From NCBI GenBank assembly GCA_964456825.1, contig CAYWCR010000011.1, positions 5,353 to 69,352 on the forward strand: DNA of 64,000 bases, given 5' to 3'. The notes below the pieces were generated by a model. The model saw nothing but the letters and a program-made list of their open reading frames with translations. It made no database searches and was not told the origin of the DNA. Below, piece after piece: positions 19,094 to 28,800 of the stretch (positions are counted from its first letter, which is position 1; each line of letters starts with the position of its first letter). The DNA comes from an uncultured Bacteroidales bacterium (GTDB taxonomy: Bacteria > Bacteroidota > Bacteroidia > Bacteroidales > UBA10428). A program made the position numbers and the translations under genes.

Positions 19094-20896
19094 ATGATTG
19101 ATCCATATCGCCCAAACGGCCTTTTGATATTCAAAGCCTTGCTATTTTGCATATTATCAGCATATAGCCCTGGTAATGCATTGTTGGCTCAGGGGAAAGC
19201 AATACCGCAGGAAATAAAGGATGAAATTGCAAGCAATAATCAACTCATTGAAAAATATACCCAAGAAGGGAATCTGACTGAAGCGTCAAGCTACCTGAGC
19301 CGGTCGGCTTATCTGATGCAAACCAACGGATTTAACGGTGAAGCGGTGGAATATTATCTCAGGGTACTGGACATTAACCAGCAACTGAATAATCAGAAAG
19401 GGATTCAACTGGTATCCAACAACCTGGGTATGATTTATATCGACCTTGAACAATATGACAAAGCAATACAATACCTGCAGAAAGCCCTGCAGATTTCTAA
19501 ACAATCGCGCCAGCAAACCGAATCAGTATCCTGTCTTACCAATATAGCCGTGGCCCAGCAGGGATCAGGGAAGTATAAAGAAGCCAGTAATACGCTTGAA
19601 GAAGCTATTAATATCGCCAAAGAGCTGAATGATCTGAAACTGTTACGGCGTTGTTATGGTCTGGCATTTGACAGTTATGACAAAACCGGCAATTCGGACA
19701 AATCACGTGAATATTTTGAGCTTTATTCCGCACTGGATAAAGAGATCAAAAAGCAGGAGATGGAACGGGTAAAGACTTCGGCCGAGTCCGAAGTCAGTAA
19801 AGCCCATGCCGCAAGGCATATGACAGAGGAAGAGCTGAAGGTGAAAAATGAACAGCTTAAGGTAACCACCGATTCCCTGCAGGTTGCCGAGCAACTGACA
19901 CGTGAACAACGGCTGGAACTGGAATTACGGCAGTCGCAGATCGACAAAAAAGAAGCCGAGATCAGGATTGAGAAAATGAAAAGTTTTCAGCTTACTGCTT
20001 TGTTATTGGGGTCACTTGCCTTTGCAGCCGTGCTTATTTATTTGTTGGTTCAGAATATACGCTCAAAACGGAAAATCAATGAGCAAAAGAATCTGCTGGA
20101 AATTCAGAATAAAAATATAACCGCCAGTATACGGTATGCCAAAACCATACAACAGGCTATTCTTCCTGATATCACAGCCATAAAGAAATATTTTGATCTG
20201 TTTATCATCTATCAGCCCAAGGATATCGTTTCAGGTGATTTCTACTGGTTTTCCGATTTGCATGCCAAAACAACGGAAGGTAAAAGCTTGTTTCTGGCTG
20301 TCGTTGACTGCACCGGGCATGGCGTTCCGGGAGCTTTTATGTCGATGATCGGCAATCGCCTGCTGAATGAAATTGTAAACGAACGAAGGATCGATAATCC
20401 AAAGGAAATCCTGGAGATCCTGAATACAGAGGTCCGCTCGGTTTTAAGGCAGGACCAGACCGACAATAACGATGGTATGGATATTTCCCTGTGCCGCTTT
20501 ATAAAAAATGATGAAGGTAAAGTAAGCCTTTCATTTGCGGGGGCAAAAAGAAATATGCAGGTCATCAAAAAGGAAAGGAAAGAGATCATTAAGCTGAAGG
20601 GAGACAGGAGCTCTATTGGCGGAACAGGGGACAACAAGACACAGATCCAGTTTAGAAACCAGGAAATGCTGCTTTCCAAAGGCGACCTGCTTTACCTGTC
20701 AACCGACGGGATCATTGACCAGAACGCGCCTGACCGCAGCCGTTTTGGCACAAACCGGCTTGAAGAAATTCTGTTCAAATATTCCAAATATCCGATGGAA
20801 GAGCAGGAATATTCTATCCGTCAGGAAATTGAAAGGTTCCGTCAGCATGAAGATCAACGGGATGATATTTCATTAATGGGAATAAAAATAATTTAA
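19094..20896 (+). CDS. membrane-anchored TPR sensor fused to a PP2C (SpoIIE-type) phosphatase
   Basis: Signal/anchor sequence, TPR repeats, a long coiled coil, a TM helix (LTALLLGSLAFAAVLIYLLV), then a cytoplasmic PP2C domain (SGDFYWF, VVDCTGHGVPGAFM, DGMDISL, STDGIIDQ, DDISLMGIK). Confidence 0.85.
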   Translation: MIDPYRPNGLLIFKALLFCILSAYSPGNALLAQGKAIPQEIKDEIASNNQLIEKYTQEGNLTEASSYLSRSAYLMQTNGFNGEAVEYYLRVLDINQQLNNQKGIQLVSNNLGMIYIDLEQYDKAIQYLQKALQISKQSRQQTESVSCLTNIAVAQQGSGKYKEASNTLEEAINIAKELNDLKLLRRCYGLAFDSYDKTGNSDKSREYFELYSALDKEIKKQEMERVKTSAESEVSKAHAARHMTEEELKVKNEQLKVTTDSLQVAEQLTREQRLELELRQSQIDKKEAEIRIEKMKSFQLTALLLGSLAFAAVLIYLLVQNIRSKRKINEQKNLLEIQNKNITASIRYAKTIQQAILPDITAIKKYFDLFIIYQPKDIVSGDFYWFSDLHAKTTEGKSLFLAVVDCTGHGVPGAFMSMIGNRLLNEIVNERRIDNPKEILEILNTEVRSVLRQDQTDNNDGMDISLCRFIKNDEGKVSLSFAGAKRNMQVIKKERKEIIKLKGDRSSIGGTGDNKTQIQFRNQEMLLSKGDLLYLSTDGIIDQNAPDRSRFGTNRLEEILFKYSKYPMEEQEYSIRQEIERFRQHEDQRDDISLMGIKII

Positions 20897-20906
20897 ACCA
20901 CATACC

Positions 20907-21431
20907 ATGCCAGTGATAAAAGAAGAATACCAGCAAAACTGCTTGCTGACCTACCAGGGCCCTATAACAGTCAATCTCGTATCCTTTCTTGGGAATTATA
21001 TTAAATCATTTATTAATTATGACACCAAAGTACTGGTCAAGTTATTTAAGATATATATTGAACTGACCCAGAATGTTTCCTATTATTCAGCGGAGACCAA
21101 AGAGGTTAAAAATGGTGTCAATTGCGGTGTTGGCTGGTTTACCCTTCAGGAATATGACGATTCCTACCGGATCACTACCGGGAACAGGATATTGAAAACT
21201 GATGCTCAGAAACTGATCCAGTATTGCAATGAAATCAATGTGCTGAAAGAGGATGAGCTCCGGGAACTTAAAAGAAAGACAAGGGCACAGGCCATGGTGC
21301 GCGATGTAGGTGCTCACATCGGGCTGATTCAGACAAGTTTAACCAGCGGGAACAAGCTCGATTTCAGCATTGAGCCCATCAATCGTTCCCAATCTTTCTT
21401 TATTATTTCCACCCAAGTTATTAAACAATAA
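20907..21431 (+). CDS. SiaB-like (DUF6272-type) GHKL-fold protein kinase / anti-sigma-antagonist-kinase analogue
   Basis: 174 aa. Has an N-box-like IELTQNVSYYS motif. Size and position (between a PP2C gene and a DUF1987 gene) match the SiaB architecture. Assigned by motif and context only. Confidence 0.6.
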   Translation: MPVIKEEYQQNCLLTYQGPITVNLVSFLGNYIKSFINYDTKVLVKLFKIYIELTQNVSYYSAETKEVKNGVNCGVGWFTLQEYDDSYRITTGNRILKTDAQKLIQYCNEINVLKEDELRELKRKTRAQAMVRDVGAHIGLIQTSLTSGNKLDFSIEPINRSQSFFIISTQVIKQ

Positions 21432-21447
21432 TCATTGCGCAGTAACC

Positions 21448-21828
21448 ATGGAAAGTCTGGTAATTAATGAGGTTAAAGGATCACCTTATTTTCCTTTCGT
21501 GCATTTCAATGCTGAAACCGGGGTATGCGAGATAAGGGGCGAATCATACATGGAAGAAACCTATAAGTTTTATGAACCGCTGATCCAGTGGATCAATGAT
21601 TATGTGCGGCAAAATAAGCCGTTGGTGATGCATTTTATGCTCACCTATTTTAATACCAATTCTTCCCGTCTGATCCTGGATATCCTTGATGTATTCAAAA
21701 AATACCGTGAAAACGGCGGCCATGTGGATGTTTACTGGCACTATGACACAAAAGACCCGGATATGGTTGAGGAAATTGAAGATTTTATGACAGAATCCGG
21801 TTTGAAGATCAACATGGTATCTTTCTGA
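21448..21828 (+). CDS. SiaC-like (DUF1987) regulatory phosphoprotein
   Basis: 126 aa from the ATG at 21448. Pattern F.....G...I.GES..E....FY.P...W...Y........ then LTYFNTNSSRLILDIL is characteristic of DUF1987/SiaC. Confidence 0.75.
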   Translation: MESLVINEVKGSPYFPFVHFNAETGVCEIRGESYMEETYKFYEPLIQWINDYVRQNKPLVMHFMLTYFNTNSSRLILDILDVFKKYRENGGHVDVYWHYDTKDPDMVEEIEDFMTESGLKINMVSF

Positions 21829-21839
21829 ACAGCGTGTTT

Positions 21840-22586
21840 CTATAAGATCTTGGCTGTAAAATACTCCCGGTTCAGTCGCGCTATATGAGATATGGAAATG
21901 TTTTTTGGGCATTCGGCTTCGCATGCTCCGGTATTGGTACAGGCGCCAAAGCCCAGTTTATCCATTTCAGCCACCATTTCTTTCACTCTTTCTTTTGCTT
22001 CGATCCTGCCTTGCGGCAATTTCGCAAACTGTGAAACCTTGGCTGCCACAAACAACATGGCGGAAGCATTTTTACAGGCGGCAACACAAGCTCCGCATCC
22101 GATACAGGCGGCAGCATCCATGGAGATCTCAGCATTTTCTTTGGGAACGGGAATGGTATTGGCATCTGGTTGACCTCCCGTACTCACTGAAATATAGCCC
22201 CCGGCGGTGATGATCTTGTCAAAAGCACTGCGGTCGACAATCAGGTCTTTAATGACCGGAAACGGCCTGGCTCTCCAGGGTTCAATGGTAATGGTGTCAC
22301 CGTTGCTGAAACGCCGCATATGAAGCTGGCAGGTTGTTATTCCACTGTCCTGCCCATGCGGCCGGCCATTGATATATAACCCACAGGCACCGCAAATTCC
22401 TTCACGGCAATCGTGATCAAAACAAACCGGTTTCTCCAGTTTGTCAATCAATTGCTGATTAAGGATATCCAGCATTTCCAGCAAAGAGCAATCAGGAGAT
22501 ATCCCCGTAAGATGGTAAATGACAAATCTGCCTTTTACCCTGGCATTTTCCTGCCTCCATATTTTCAGCTTAAAATCCATACCCAT
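21840..22586 (-). CDS. sdhB: succinate dehydrogenase/fumarate reductase iron-sulfur subunit
   Basis: 2Fe-2S motif [10 protein letters not shown], 4Fe-4S motif [11 protein letters not shown] and 3Fe-4S motif [12 protein letters not shown]. The ATG at 22586 or 22580 is preferred over the track's TTG at 22607. Confidence 0.92.
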   Translation of the reverse strand: MGMDFKLKIWRQENARVKGRFVIYHLTGISPDCSLLEMLDILNQQLIDKLEKPVCFDHDCREGICGACGLYINGRPHGQDSGITTCQLHMRRFSNGDTITIEPWRARPFPVIKDLIVDRSAFDKIITAGGYISVSTGGQPDANTIPVPKENAEISMDAAACIGCGACVAACKNASAMLFVAAKVSQFAKLPQGRIEAKERVKEMVAEMDKLGFGACTNTGACEAECPKNISISHIARLNREYFTAKIL

Positions 22587-22610
22587 AGATTTGTATATTA
22601 CACTCAATAA

Positions 22611-24551
22611 TTAACTTTTGTAATTCCTTGTCTGTACTTTGATATTCTCATATTCCAGGATTTCCCTGTGCATCTCATGGCCCTTATCCTGCCCTTTGTA
22701 TTCCCATGCGGCAACAAACATATAATCCTTATCGTTTCGCATGGCTTCACCCTCTTGTGTCTGGTATTCGTCCCTGAAATGACCGCCGCAGGATTCCTCC
22801 CTTTGCAGGGCATCACGGGCCATCAATTCGCCAATCTCTATAAAATCAGCTACCTTCCCGGCTTTTTCGAGCTCAGGATTGATCTCATCATAAGATCCCG
22901 GTACCCTTACATCGTTCCAGAACTCGTCCCTGAGGGCTGCAAATTCTTTAACGGCGCTTTCAAGGTCTTTCCTGTTGCGGCCCATGCCAACCATATCCCA
23001 TAGCCTCAACCCAAATTTCCGGTGGATGGCATCAACGGATTGTTTTCCTTTGACGGCAAAAAGTTTATGAATCCTGTCCCGAACCTCCGACTCTGCCTGA
23101 TCGAATTCAGGCAGCGTAACCGGCATGCTGGGAATGAGAATTTCATCAGCCAGATAATGCTGCAGGGTATAGGGCAAAACAAAATAGCCATCGGCCAGCC
23201 CCTGCATCAAAGCAGAGGCCCCAAGCCGGTTAGCGCCATGATCTGAAAAATTACATTCGCCGATGGAGAAGAGCCCCTGAATCGTTGTCATCAGGTGATA
23301 ATCAACCCATAATCCCCCCATACAGTAATGAATAGCAGGATAGATCATCATGGGAGTCTTATAGGGGTCATCATCCACTATTTTTTCATACATCTGAAAT
23401 AAATTGCCGTAACGTTGTTCGATAACAGTCTTGCCCAACCTTTTTATAGAATCAGCAAAATCGAGATAAACGGCAAGGCCGGAACCTACGCCAAAACCTG
23501 CATCGCATCGTTCCTTGGCGGCCCTTGATGCCACATCCCGCGGCACAAGATTCCCAAAGGCCGGATAACGCCTTTCGAGGTAGTAATCCCGGTCCTCTTC
23601 AGCCAGATCGGAGGGCTTCATGGTTTTATTCCGCAACGCCTCAGCATCTTCCTTTTTCCTGGGTACCCAGATACGGCCGTCATTTCTGAGGCTCTCGCTC
23701 ATCAGTGTCAGTTTAGACTGAAAGGCACCGTGAACCGGAATGCAGGTGGGATGAATCTGGACAAAAGAAGGGTTTGCAAAAAGTGCACCCTTTTTATAAG
23801 CCTGCCAGACAGCGCTTCCGTTAGCACCCATGGCCATGGTGGACAGGAAGAAGGCCCTTGCATATCCTCCTGTGGCCAGTACAACAGCATGGCCAAAATG
23901 CCTTTCTATCCGGCCGGTTACCAGATTCCGGGTTATGATGCCCCGTGCTTTTCCGTCAATGATCACCAGATCGAGCATTTCAGTCCTTGGGTACAGGGTA
24001 ACAGTTCCTGCTTTTACCTGACGCATCATGGCGCCATATGCCCCCAGCAGCAATTGCTGTCCCGTCTGTCCCCGCGCATAGAAAGTGCGGGAGACCTGGG
24101 CTCCGCCAAAGGACCGGTTTTCAAGTAATCCTCCATATTCACGGGCGAAAGGCACTCCCTGGGCAACACATTGGTCAATGATTGACCCGCTTACTTCTGC
24201 CAGCCGGTAAACATTAGCTTCCCGCGCTCGGTAGTCACCTCCCTTGATGGTATCATAAAACAGTCTGTATACACTGTCCCCGTCATTGGGATAATTCTTG
24301 GCAGCATTGATACCCCCCTGGGCAGCAATACTGTGAGCGCGTCGCGGGCTGTCCTGATAACAAAAAGCCTTGACGTTAAAGCCCATTTCACCCAGGCTTG
24401 CCGATGCCGAAGCCCCTGCCAGTCCCGTCCCCACCACAATAATATCCAGCTTGCGCTTGTTTGCGGAATTGACAAGTTTTTGCGTTGCCTTGAAACGGGT
24501 CCACTTTTCAGCCAGCGGGCCTTCCGGTATTCTAGCATTGAGTTTAGTCAT
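22611..24551 (-). CDS. sdhA: succinate dehydrogenase/fumarate reductase flavoprotein subunit
   Basis: 646 aa. FAD dinucleotide fold [13 protein letters not shown], the covalent-FAD His region [14 protein letters not shown], and a C-terminal SCGGHFR motif. Confidence 0.95.
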   Translation of the reverse strand: MTKLNARIPEGPLAEKWTRFKATQKLVNSANKRKLDIIVVGTGLAGASASASLGEMGFNVKAFCYQDSPRRAHSIAAQGGINAAKNYPNDGDSVYRLFYDTIKGGDYRAREANVYRLAEVSGSIIDQCVAQGVPFAREYGGLLENRSFGGAQVSRTFYARGQTGQQLLLGAYGAMMRQVKAGTVTLYPRTEMLDLVIIDGKARGIITRNLVTGRIERHFGHAVVLATGGYARAFFLSTMAMGANGSAVWQAYKKGALFANPSFVQIHPTCIPVHGAFQSKLTLMSESLRNDGRIWVPRKKEDAEALRNKTMKPSDLAEEDRDYYLERRYPAFGNLVPRDVASRAAKERCDAGFGVGSGLAVYLDFADSIKRLGKTVIEQRYGNLFQMYEKIVDDDPYKTPMMIYPAIHYCMGGLWVDYHLMTTIQGLFSIGECNFSDHGANRLGASALMQGLADGYFVLPYTLQHYLADEILIPSMPVTLPEFDQAESEVRDRIHKLFAVKGKQSVDAIHRKFGLRLWDMVGMGRNRKDLESAVKEFAALRDEFWNDVRVPGSYDEINPELEKAGKVADFIEIGELMARDALQREESCGGHFRDEYQTQEGEAMRNDKDYMFVAAWEYKGQDKGHEMHREILEYENIKVQTRNYKS

Positions 24552-24572
24552 AACAGCTTATTATTCTTGTTA

Positions 24573-25244
24573 TCACATTATAAAATAGATATAAACCGGT
24601 ATCAGGATAAATCCGGCAGTGATGATGACGGTATAGAGAATGCCGATCACTTTTATTACCGGGGTATATACTTTGTGGTCAAGTCCCAGGGTCTGAAAAG
24701 CCGACCAGAATCCATGGAAAAGATGAAAGGCAAGAAAAAGCAAACAGGCAATATAAAAAATAACAAATCCAGGTATCTTGAACTTTTCAATCACCAGTAT
24801 TCCCAAATCATGATATGATTTTCCGTTATAAAAAACTTCGGGTACCTCACCAAAGATTTTAGTTTTGAAATAAAAATCCGATAAATGTATCACCAGAAAA
24901 ACAGTGATGACAACAGCGGTATGAATCATGAATTTTGAAAAGAAAGAGGTTTGTGAATAATTACCAACGCTGTAGCCTCTGCCCCGGGCTATCCAGTTTT
25001 TTAATTGGAGATAAAAGCCATAAAACATGTGCAATATTAATCCGCCAAACAACACCATCTCAATGATCTTGATGAGCACGTTGGATGACATAAAATGAGC
25101 GGCTCTGTTGAAGAATTCCCGTGAATCGGAAAAAATCAGGGACAGATTGATACTCAGATGCACGACCAGAAAAACAATCAAAAACAGGCCGGCCAGCGAC
25201 ATGATTAACTTTTTCCCAATGGATGATGCGAATATATTGCTCAT
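24573..25244 (-). CDS. sdhC: succinate dehydrogenase/fumarate reductase cytochrome b subunit (Bacteroides type)
   Basis: About 223 aa from the ATG at 25244 (MSNIFASSIGKKLIMSLAGLFL). Five hydrophobic helices with conserved His residues. First gene of the sdhCAB operon. Confidence 0.85.
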   Translation of the reverse strand: MSNIFASSIGKKLIMSLAGLFLIVFLVVHLSINLSLIFSDSREFFNRAAHFMSSNVLIKIIEMVLFGGLILHMFYGFYLQLKNWIARGRGYSVGNYSQTSFFSKFMIHTAVVITVFLVIHLSDFYFKTKIFGEVPEVFYNGKSYHDLGILVIEKFKIPGFVIFYIACLLFLAFHLFHGFWSAFQTLGLDHKVYTPVIKVIGILYTVIITAGFILIPVYIYFIM

Positions 25245-25488
25245 AGAATTGGATTTAAGATGCAATAATGATATGTTTTGAATGCTTTACACAAATATAT
25301 TTACCCAGGTATGAATTATAAAGTGCTTTTATCATAATCTGCTAATTTAGAAGCAATTTAAATTATTTTTATATTGACAGATTGAAAAATCAATTAATAT
25401 CTTAATCTGTCCGGGTAAGACCAATACCTCATTTTTTATTATCTTTCGGCATTGATAAGCCGAATTATCCCGCAACAACCCCAGCATC

Positions 25489-26286
25489 ATGGTGTATCGT
25501 ATCGGGTTCCATCATACAACCCTTCGCGTTGATTCAGAAGGCGAAGGAATTCCCCTGTTGCTGCTGCATGGATACCTTGAATCATTGAATATCTGGGATG
25601 GTTTTTTTCCTGCATTGCTGCCTCATTTCAAGGTTATCCGGATGGATCTTCCCGGCCACGGGGAATCAGGGGTAATCGCACCCGTACATACGATGGAAAT
25701 CATGGCTGAATCTATATCAGCAGTGCTTGACGCCCTTTCTGTGGAATCCTGCATCCTGATTGGTCATTCCATGGGAGGTTATGTTACCCTTGCATTTGCC
25801 GAAGCCTGTATCGGGAGGCTTCTCGGTTTTTGCCTTTTTCACTCCACTCCCTTTGCCGATACGGAGGAAAAAAAGGCAAACCGCGAAAGGGAAATTGAAC
25901 TGGTGCAGCATGGCAAAAAGGAGGTGATCATTCATGCTAATATTCCCAGGGGATTCGCCGACGATAATCTGGCCCGGTTAAAAACCGAGGTGGAAAGGGC
26001 AAGGCAAATTGCCCTTAACACACCTGATGAAGGAATAACTGCAGCGCTTCAGGGAATGAAACTACGAAAAGACAGGACTGCCATATTGAGGCAAAGTCCT
26101 GTTCCGGTGCTTTGGATTCTGGGTCAAAAGGATAATTATATCATTTTTGACAATATAAAAGAAAAAATCAGCCTCAATCCACAAGGACAGCTGCTGGTGT
26201 TGAAAAATGCCGGGCATATGGGATTCATTGAAGAACCGCAATCTGCCTGCAACGGCATAATATCGTATTTTATTCCATCGGAATGA
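25489..26286 (+). CDS. alpha/beta-fold hydrolase
   Basis: LLLLHG oxyanion region, nucleophile elbow GHSMGG, and a C-terminal GH motif (NAGHMGFIEEP). Confidence 0.8.
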   Translation: MVYRIGFHHTTLRVDSEGEGIPLLLLHGYLESLNIWDGFFPALLPHFKVIRMDLPGHGESGVIAPVHTMEIMAESISAVLDALSVESCILIGHSMGGYVTLAFAEACIGRLLGFCLFHSTPFADTEEKKANREREIELVQHGKKEVIIHANIPRGFADDNLARLKTEVERARQIALNTPDEGITAALQGMKLRKDRTAILRQSPVPVLWILGQKDNYIIFDNIKEKISLNPQGQLLVLKNAGHMGFIEEPQSACNGIISYFIPSE

Positions 26287-26332
26287 CTATCATCAATTCC
26301 TGCGCTGGCATTGTTTTATTTATATTTTACTT

Positions 26333-26340
26333 TATTTTTG
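26333..26340 (+). promoter_or_regulatory. candidate -7 promoter element (TAnnTTTG) for the corrinoid methyltransfer operon
   Basis: TATTTTTG lies 50 nt upstream of the ATG at 26390. Confidence 0.3.
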
Positions 26341-26389
26341 TGAAAATTCTTTGATCCTTGCACCATTGTTTTAACACATAGATACAACC

Positions 26390-27058
26390 ATGGAAGAAAT
26401 TTTTCATCAGATTGCAAATTGCGTTGAATTTGGTAAAGTCAATAAAACTTCTCCCTATCCGCCCGACATGAAAGGGCAGGATGGGGCCGATGAACTGACA
26501 AAATATGCCCTGGACAATGGAGCTTCCCCTGTGGATGTTTTAAATAAAGGGCTTGTCATTGGAATGGAAAAGATCGGGTTGAAATTCAGGGAAAACAAGG
26601 TATTTGTACCCCAGGTACTGATGTCTGCCAAAGCAATGAACACCGCCATGCTGCACTTGAAACCCTATTTCCAGTCAGGTGCCGTAAAACGAAAGGGCAT
26701 CTTTGTCATCGGGACCGTGGTGGGTGATTTACATGATATTGGAAAAAACCTGGTGTCGATGATGGTGGAAGGAAATGGCTGGGAGGTCATTGACCTGGGC
26801 ACCGATGTAAAGGCAGGGAAGTTCATCAGCACGATTCAGGAACATCCCGGTTGCGTTGTTGGTTTGTCAGCCTTGCTTACCACAACCATGGGCAATATGG
26901 AACTGATCGTAAAAGAACTGCAGGACCAGGTACCGGGAACCAGGATATTAATAGGGGGTGCCCCTGTGACGGATGAATTCCGGAAAAAAATCGGAGCGGA
27001 CTTCTACTCACCCGATCCGCAAGGCGCGGTGGAATACCTCAACCGGATGATTGCCTGA
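26390..27058 (+). CDS. corrinoid (cobalamin-binding) protein, MtaC/MetH-B12-domain type
   Basis: N-terminal helical cap plus a Rossmann B12 domain with DxHxxG (GDLHDIGKN), SxL (SALLTTT) and GG (LIGGAP) motifs. Confidence 0.88.
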   Translation: MEEIFHQIANCVEFGKVNKTSPYPPDMKGQDGADELTKYALDNGASPVDVLNKGLVIGMEKIGLKFRENKVFVPQVLMSAKAMNTAMLHLKPYFQSGAVKRKGIFVIGTVVGDLHDIGKNLVSMMVEGNGWEVIDLGTDVKAGKFISTIQEHPGCVVGLSALLTTTMGNMELIVKELQDQVPGTRILIGGAPVTDEFRKKIGADFYSPDPQGAVEYLNRMIA

Positions 27059-27153
27059 GATCCTTTTTCCGGACCCCTTCTCAGTGTAAATCCTTGTTAT
27101 GAGGATATTCCGGTTATTGGCCGGTTTGTCTTTCATCATTTACAGCAATAATA

Positions 27154-28779
27154 ATGCCCATGAGTGGAAAAGAACTGATTCAAAAAGCGCTTACCCTGCA
27201 GCCAACCGACCGGGTCCCCTGGGTTCCCTTTATTGGGATCCATGGTGCCAGGCTGATCGGTGTAAATGCGACGGAATACCTGCAGCATGCTGATCATATC
27301 GTTAATGGCATATCCAGGGCTGTTGAGATGTATAAACCCGATGGTATACCCGTAATATTTGATCTGCAGCTTGAAGCCGAAGCGCTGGGTTGTCAGTTGA
27401 TCTGGGCCGATAATAATCCCCCTGCCGTGCATTCCCATCCATTGGTTCAGGGTACCATACTTGATTCCCTTGTCATACCCGGCCCGCAGCAAGGGAGAAT
27501 TGGTGTTGCCATGGAGGCTGCCGGGCGTCTCCGGAAAATGCATCCCGATATTGCTTTGTATGGTTTAATAACAGGGCCTTTTACCCTTGCCTTGCATTTG
27601 CTTGGCACGGATATATTTATTAAAATGTTCGAAGACCCGGAATATATTCAGCGTCTCCTTGAATTCACCAAAGAAGTCGCCAAGGCCATGGCCGGGTATT
27701 ATATGCAAAACGGATGTGATGTTATTGCCGTGGTTGACCCTATGACCAGCCAGATTGATCCCGGCTTGTTCCGGCAGTTTGTTTCCGCTCCTGCAACCGA
27801 GATCTTTGATTTTATCCGGAACAAAGGAGTCTTCAGTTCATTTTTTGTGTGCGGGCATGCCCAGCAGAATATTGAAATCATGTGCAAATGCAGGCCCGAC
27901 AATATTTCCATTGATGAAAACATACCCCTGGACTTTGTCAAGCCGATTGCCCTGGAGCATAAAGTAAGCTTCGGCGGTAATATGAAACTTACCGTAGTCC
28001 TTCTTATGGGAACACCGGAGGAATGCATGCAGAATGCATTGGAATGCATCGATTCGGGCGGTAACCGGGGATTTATCCTGGCCCCCGGCTGTGATCTGCC
28101 CATGGATACTCCCCCCGAAAATCTTCAGGCCGTTACATCCATTGTTCATGACCCTTACAAGCAGGATGTCATAAGGACTATGGAAAAGACAGAAACGGAT
28201 CTCGAGTTACTGAATATGAAAGACTACGGAAAAACAGACAAGGTCATCGTGGACATCATCACACTGGACTCCGAATCCTGTGCTCCATGTCAGTATATGG
28301 TTGAATCCGTTATAAAGGTGGCCCCCCAGTTTGAAGGAATTGTCGAATGGCGCGAGCATGCCATTAAACGTATGGATGCAGTGACATTTATGGCTTCCCT
28401 TATGGTTAAGAATATTCCGACCATATGCATTGACGGCAAAATAGCTTTTGTTTCAAAAATACCTCCCCAGCATGAACTGGTCGCTGCTATTCAGAAAAGA
28501 ATCAATGAAAAATTAAAACACTGGATAAAATCAAAAAAAAGTGAGATTTCCATCCTGTGCAAGAAATCGGATGACATCCAACCCCTGAAGGAAAACATAA
28601 GCCTCGCCATAAAGGAAACCGGGAAGAATATAAGTGTTCTGGTTAATAATGATGAAAAAATGATTCAGGAATTCGGAGCCTATCAAACACCTGCCGTGCT
28701 GTTAACGGAATTTAAGCTGAAATCACAGGGTGAGTTGCCTTCGGTTGAGGTGATTAAAGAATGGCTGAAGGAACTTTAA
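27154..28779 (+). CDS. URO-D/MtaA-family corrinoid methyltransferase fused to two C-terminal thioredoxin-fold (Thioredoxin_3-like) modules
   Basis: Residues 1-~345 resemble the uroporphyrinogen-decarboxylase/MtaA TIM-barrel family (PTDRVPW.., FFVCGH.., ILAPGCDLP). Residues ~360-450 form a small Trx fold with C376-A-P-C379. Residues ~465-541 form a second Trx_3-like module (..YQTPAVLL..G.LPS.E.IKEWL) without CxxC. Confidence 0.78.
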   Translation: MPMSGKELIQKALTLQPTDRVPWVPFIGIHGARLIGVNATEYLQHADHIVNGISRAVEMYKPDGIPVIFDLQLEAEALGCQLIWADNNPPAVHSHPLVQGTILDSLVIPGPQQGRIGVAMEAAGRLRKMHPDIALYGLITGPFTLALHLLGTDIFIKMFEDPEYIQRLLEFTKEVAKAMAGYYMQNGCDVIAVVDPMTSQIDPGLFRQFVSAPATEIFDFIRNKGVFSSFFVCGHAQQNIEIMCKCRPDNISIDENIPLDFVKPIALEHKVSFGGNMKLTVVLLMGTPEECMQNALECIDSGGNRGFILAPGCDLPMDTPPENLQAVTSIVHDPYKQDVIRTMEKTETDLELLNMKDYGKTDKVIVDIITLDSESCAPCQYMVESVIKVAPQFEGIVEWREHAIKRMDAVTFMASLMVKNIPTICIDGKIAFVSKIPPQHELVAAIQKRINEKLKHWIKSKKSEISILCKKSDDIQPLKENISLAIKETGKNISVLVNNDEKMIQEFGAYQTPAVLLTEFKLKSQGELPSVEVIKEWLKEL

Positions 28780-28800
28780 CAAGATTTAAATTATACAACC

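Noticed and set aside
21840-25244. Whether the sdhCAB operon is unusual (fumarate reductase versus succinate dehydrogenase).
   Set aside because: The gene order and the single large cytochrome b subunit are the standard Bacteroidota arrangement. The direction of catalysis cannot be read from sequence, so this is treated as ordinary.
25381-25394. Inverted repeat ATTGA-AAAA-TCAAT in the sdhC/hydrolase divergent intergenic region, considered as an FNR/CRP-type box upstream of the fumarate reductase operon.
   Set aside because: The half-site spacing (TTGA-N4-TCAA) does not match the FNR/CRP consensus (TTGAT-N4-ATCAA, i.e. N6 between TTGA and TCAA). The arms are only 5 bp in an AT-rich region, so a chance occurrence is plausible.
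26287-26389. Looked for a cobalamin riboswitch in front of the corrinoid methyltransfer operon.
   Set aside because: The leader is only ~100 nt and AT-rich, and I could find no B12-box-like GCCACTG element or conserved stems.
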